Translations under genes and position numbers: made by a program
Source: an uncultured delta proteobacterium
GTDB lineage: Bacteria > Myxococcota > Myxococcia > Myxococcales > Myxococcaceae
DNA length: 64,000 nt
NCBI GenBank assembly: GCA_963745475.1
Contig: CAVUXN010000004.1
Span: 96,001 to 160,000 of the forward strand
Reading direction: 5' to 3'
Shown: positions 61,244 through 64,000 of the stretch, in pieces
Layout of the letters: each line of letters starts with the position of its first letter
Numbering within the stretch: position 1 is the stretch's first letter
The notes under the pieces: generated by a model
Seen by the model: the letters and a program-made list of their open reading frames with translations, nothing else
The model's database searches: none
Told to the model about the DNA's origin: nothing

Positions 61244-62739
61244 CGGCCCTGGGCCGCCTCTCCCAACGCGGCGAGCTGAATTCCCGCGTCCTTGAGGGCC
61301 GTCGCCACCCGGACCCCGACGTCCTCGTAGCCGGAGACGACGCGGTAGAGCGCCCCGCGGGCGTCGAGCGCGCGGAGCTCCACGCGGGCGCCGGAGGCGT
61401 GTGAGCCCGCGGCGTCAGCCAGGAGTGCCTTCACCCGGGTCTGGTCCTCGCTCCCAGCCACGGTGACGTCCAGAAGGACGAGCACCGAGGGCCCCAGAAT
61501 GCGCATGGGCTGAAAGAGCGACACCAGGTGCGGCACGCGCACCGGCCGTCCCTCGGCGTCCTCAAGCACCACCGACAGGAGGTCGACTTCCTTCACCAGC
61601 CCCACCTGCTGTCCTATTTCCGCCACGTCCCCCACCCGCAGACCGCGGCCGTACACGAGGGGGAGGCCGGCCACCACCGCGGCGAAGAGGGGTGCACAGG
61701 CGATGGCCAGGGCAATGAGAAGGGCCTGCGCCAGCCCCTGGAATGGGCCCGAACCGCCGCCGCTGATGATGGGACCGGCGAAGACGACTGCCAGGATGAG
61801 CAGCGCCGCTTGCAGCAGCGTGCCAGTGGGCCGGGCCAAGTCCGCCGGCACCCACGCGAGGTGTGTCTCCCCCCGCGCCACGCTGCCGAAAAAGAGCTGG
61901 ACGCTGCGGAGAACGAGAAAGAGAAGCAAGCCCAGGACTGCGAGGGCCAGAATCTGCGGGATGGCGCCGAAGACCCGGGCCAGCACCCGGCCGATGGGCT
62001 CCAGCAACATCCCCAGGATTCGACGGCCGGCGTCGCTGGTGGCTTCGAAGGAACCCAAGACGACGAAGAACCAGGTCAGCGCCAGGAGGACCTGCAGCGC
62101 CCGCTCGCTGAAGCGCAGCGCGACATGCACCCCCCCACGCACGGCACGCTCACTGGCCAGCTCGACGTTCCCCAGCCGGACCGCCGGAGCCCCGTCGGGT
62201 CGACTCTTGAGCCAGCGCTCGACAGCCCCTTCCAGGTCGCTCAGCTTCCGGATGAGGACGAACGTCACCAGGCCCAAGAGCACCGAGAAGCAAATGCGCA
62301 GGAAGAGGTTTTGCAGCGCCAGCCGGCGTATTTCGGCGCGGACGGCGTCCTCGATGTTTGTCTTCGCCTTCGAGGCGTGGACGCTGAGGGTCGCGTCGCC
62401 GGCCGCCGCCGCGTCCTCCGCCCACAGCTGGAGCACCGGCGCCGCGTCCACGTAGATGGTGGCGGATTCCCCCTGCTCCTTCACCTCGACGCGCTTCGGG
62501 CCGGTGCCATTCAGCGCATTACCGAGCGCCTGCGAGGCATCTCGCGCCCGTGACTCGGGCGACTGGGTCCCGTGGGCCACATGGAGCGAGAAGACCCGGT
62601 GGTCATGGAGGCGGACGTACGCCTCCTCGGGACGAGGTGCGTTTTCGCCCGGCGGCTCGGCGGCGCCGCCCGCGCCCGAGAGCAGCAGGAGACAACCGGT
62701 AAGGGCCAGGGGCACGCCCAGGTCGCGACTTAGGCGCAT
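61240..62739 (-). CDS. MscS family mechanosensitive channel with periplasmic N-terminal domain
   Basis: LRVGDVAEIG...GLVKEV...VRVPH beta-domain; signal peptide. Confidence 0.8.
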   Translation of the reverse strand: MRLSRDLGVPLALTGCLLLLSGAGGAAEPPGENAPRPEEAYVRLHDHRVFSLHVAHGTQSPESRARDASQALGNALNGTGPKRVEVKEQGESATIYVDAAPVLQLWAEDAAAAGDATLSVHASKAKTNIEDAVRAEIRRLALQNLFLRICFSVLLGLVTFVLIRKLSDLEGAVERWLKSRPDGAPAVRLGNVELASERAVRGGVHVALRFSERALQVLLALTWFFVVLGSFEATSDAGRRILGMLLEPIGRVLARVFGAIPQILALAVLGLLLFLVLRSVQLFFGSVARGETHLAWVPADLARPTGTLLQAALLILAVVFAGPIISGGGSGPFQGLAQALLIALAIACAPLFAAVVAGLPLVYGRGLRVGDVAEIGQQVGLVKEVDLLSVVLEDAEGRPVRVPHLVSLFQPMRILGPSVLVLLDVTVAGSEDQTRVKALLADAAGSHASGARVELRALDARGALYRVVSGYEDVGVRVATALKDAGIQLAALGEAAQGR

Positions 62740-62822
62740 GTGGCCGGCGAGCGTCGTCCTGCGCGCCGGCGAAGGTCAAGGCGAGCTTTCGGGCCGATGG
62801 GTGAATTCCCCAGGAGCGGGCT

Positions 62823-63914
62823 CTAGTGCTTGGCCACGAAGATGCTCTTGGGCACCATGCAGTGGACGCCCTTGCGGACGTCGACCACTTGGCTCACTCG
62901 GCAGTCCGCGACGAGCGCGGTCAGAGAATAGGCCTCATACGGGTCAAGCCCCTTCTGCTTCACCAGGAAGTCCACCGTTTCTCCGACGGCGAGGACCATC
63001 GCCTTGTCCAAACTCTCGTCGAAGCCCACCTGGATGTAGTGGGTGGGTGTCTCGATGCGAGGCCAGGTGAGCTTCATGTCCTTGCGGACGATGGCTTGGA
63101 TTTCGATGTTGTCGAACGAGCACTCCAAGGCTGTCAGGTTGACTTCACCGTTTCCTTGCGCGCAGTGCGAATCCCCGGTCCAGATGAGTCCTCCCTTGAG
63201 GAAGACGGGGATGAAGATGGTGGTCCCGGCGGTCAGCTCGTTGATGTCCATGTTCGAGCCATTCTTCCACGGGCGCAGCGTGCTCACCGGAGCCAACGGG
63301 TCCTTCGAGCCGCCCTTTCTCGGGGAGGGGTCGTCGGGGTCGATGCCGACGGCCAGCGTCCCGGGGAAGGGCTTGAGCGGAATCACAATTCCCGGCTTGA
63401 AGACGGTCTGCTTCTTCGCCCAGTCGAGGTCGAAGTACTGGACGTGCCCCTCGGGGAACTGGGAGGCCAGTGCGCCGATGGTGGGAAAGTCCTTCCCCGG
63501 CAAGTTGAAGTTGGTCCCCACTTTCTTGGGGACAATCTTCAGAATTCTAATCTCCAGGACGTCCCCGGGTTCTGCGCCCTCCACATAGATGGGGCCAGTC
63601 AACGAGTGGGGCCCACCGCCGGGGTTCGCCTTGCGCAAGGCGACGATTTCCTCCATCGACGTACCCTTCTGAATCTTGTCCTTGGCGTGCATTAGCGTCT
63701 CAATGGAGACGATGTCGCCCGAAGCAATGGTGAGTTGCGGAGGCTCCTTGGGGTCCAACCATCCCCATTGCACCGTCTCCGGCGTCGCTTTGAGCACGTG
63801 GTGCTTGGGCGCCGTGGGGACTGAAGGCTTCGGTGCGGCTCCGTCCTGGGCTACCGCCGGAGCCACGTCCAACAGGCAGGAAACGACGACCACCCACCCC
63901 ATCTTGCGCTCCAT
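62823..63914 (-). CDS. Acetamidase/formamidase family protein with signal peptide
   Basis: LTGPIYVEGAEPGD, NMD, GDSHCAQGNGE, TALE; AVA-Q cleavage site. Confidence 0.9.
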   Translation of the reverse strand: MERKMGWVVVVSCLLDVAPAVAQDGAAPKPSVPTAPKHHVLKATPETVQWGWLDPKEPPQLTIASGDIVSIETLMHAKDKIQKGTSMEEIVALRKANPGGGPHSLTGPIYVEGAEPGDVLEIRILKIVPKKVGTNFNLPGKDFPTIGALASQFPEGHVQYFDLDWAKKQTVFKPGIVIPLKPFPGTLAVGIDPDDPSPRKGGSKDPLAPVSTLRPWKNGSNMDINELTAGTTIFIPVFLKGGLIWTGDSHCAQGNGEVNLTALECSFDNIEIQAIVRKDMKLTWPRIETPTHYIQVGFDESLDKAMVLAVGETVDFLVKQKGLDPYEAYSLTALVADCRVSQVVDVRKGVHCMVPKSIFVAKH

Positions 63915-64000
63915 CACTCCCCTCCTCCGCATGTCCGGCGGCCCCACGACCGGAAGCCCTCGAGTGAGCCTCGCCTTATCTGCTCCGAGCGCGTGAGCCC

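Overview
High-GC bacterial window. Gene content and order (tig-clpP-clpX-prolyl oligopeptidase-lon, several sigma54 two-component systems) suggest a myxobacterium; this is inference. It holds housekeeping genes, tRNA-Leu(TAG), tRNA-Lys(CTT) and several accessory modules. Two regulons can be read directly from repeated DNA motifs. (1) A Pseudomonas-type CbrX-CbrA-CbrB system has no crcZ. Instead, three sigma54 promoters (about 20000, 21600, 41317) each carry a triple GTTAC enhancer 74-75 bp upstream, and they drive a catalytically degenerate acetyl-CoA-synthetase-like protein, an MFS transporter and a porin 20 kb away. (2) An ECF sigma factor fused to a zinc-finger anti-sigma-like domain is surrounded by four copies of one promoter motif (CGAAyC-N15/16-GGCTCTsA) in front of osmC-ecf, a small Cys-rich protein, DUF302 and DUF2892. 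Other modules are a molybdenum-related locus without modABC, a TolC-MFP-RND operon with two SPFH lipoproteins between divergent sigma54 promoters, an acyl-CoA ligase/Liv-type ABC cluster, a toxin-less CPBP-SdpR-SdpI module with a perfect operator, and an MscS/dual antiporter operon. Frameshifts in lon, a histidine kinase and probably a TPR lipoprotein may be sequencing errors. All family assignments come from motif recognition; no database search was run.
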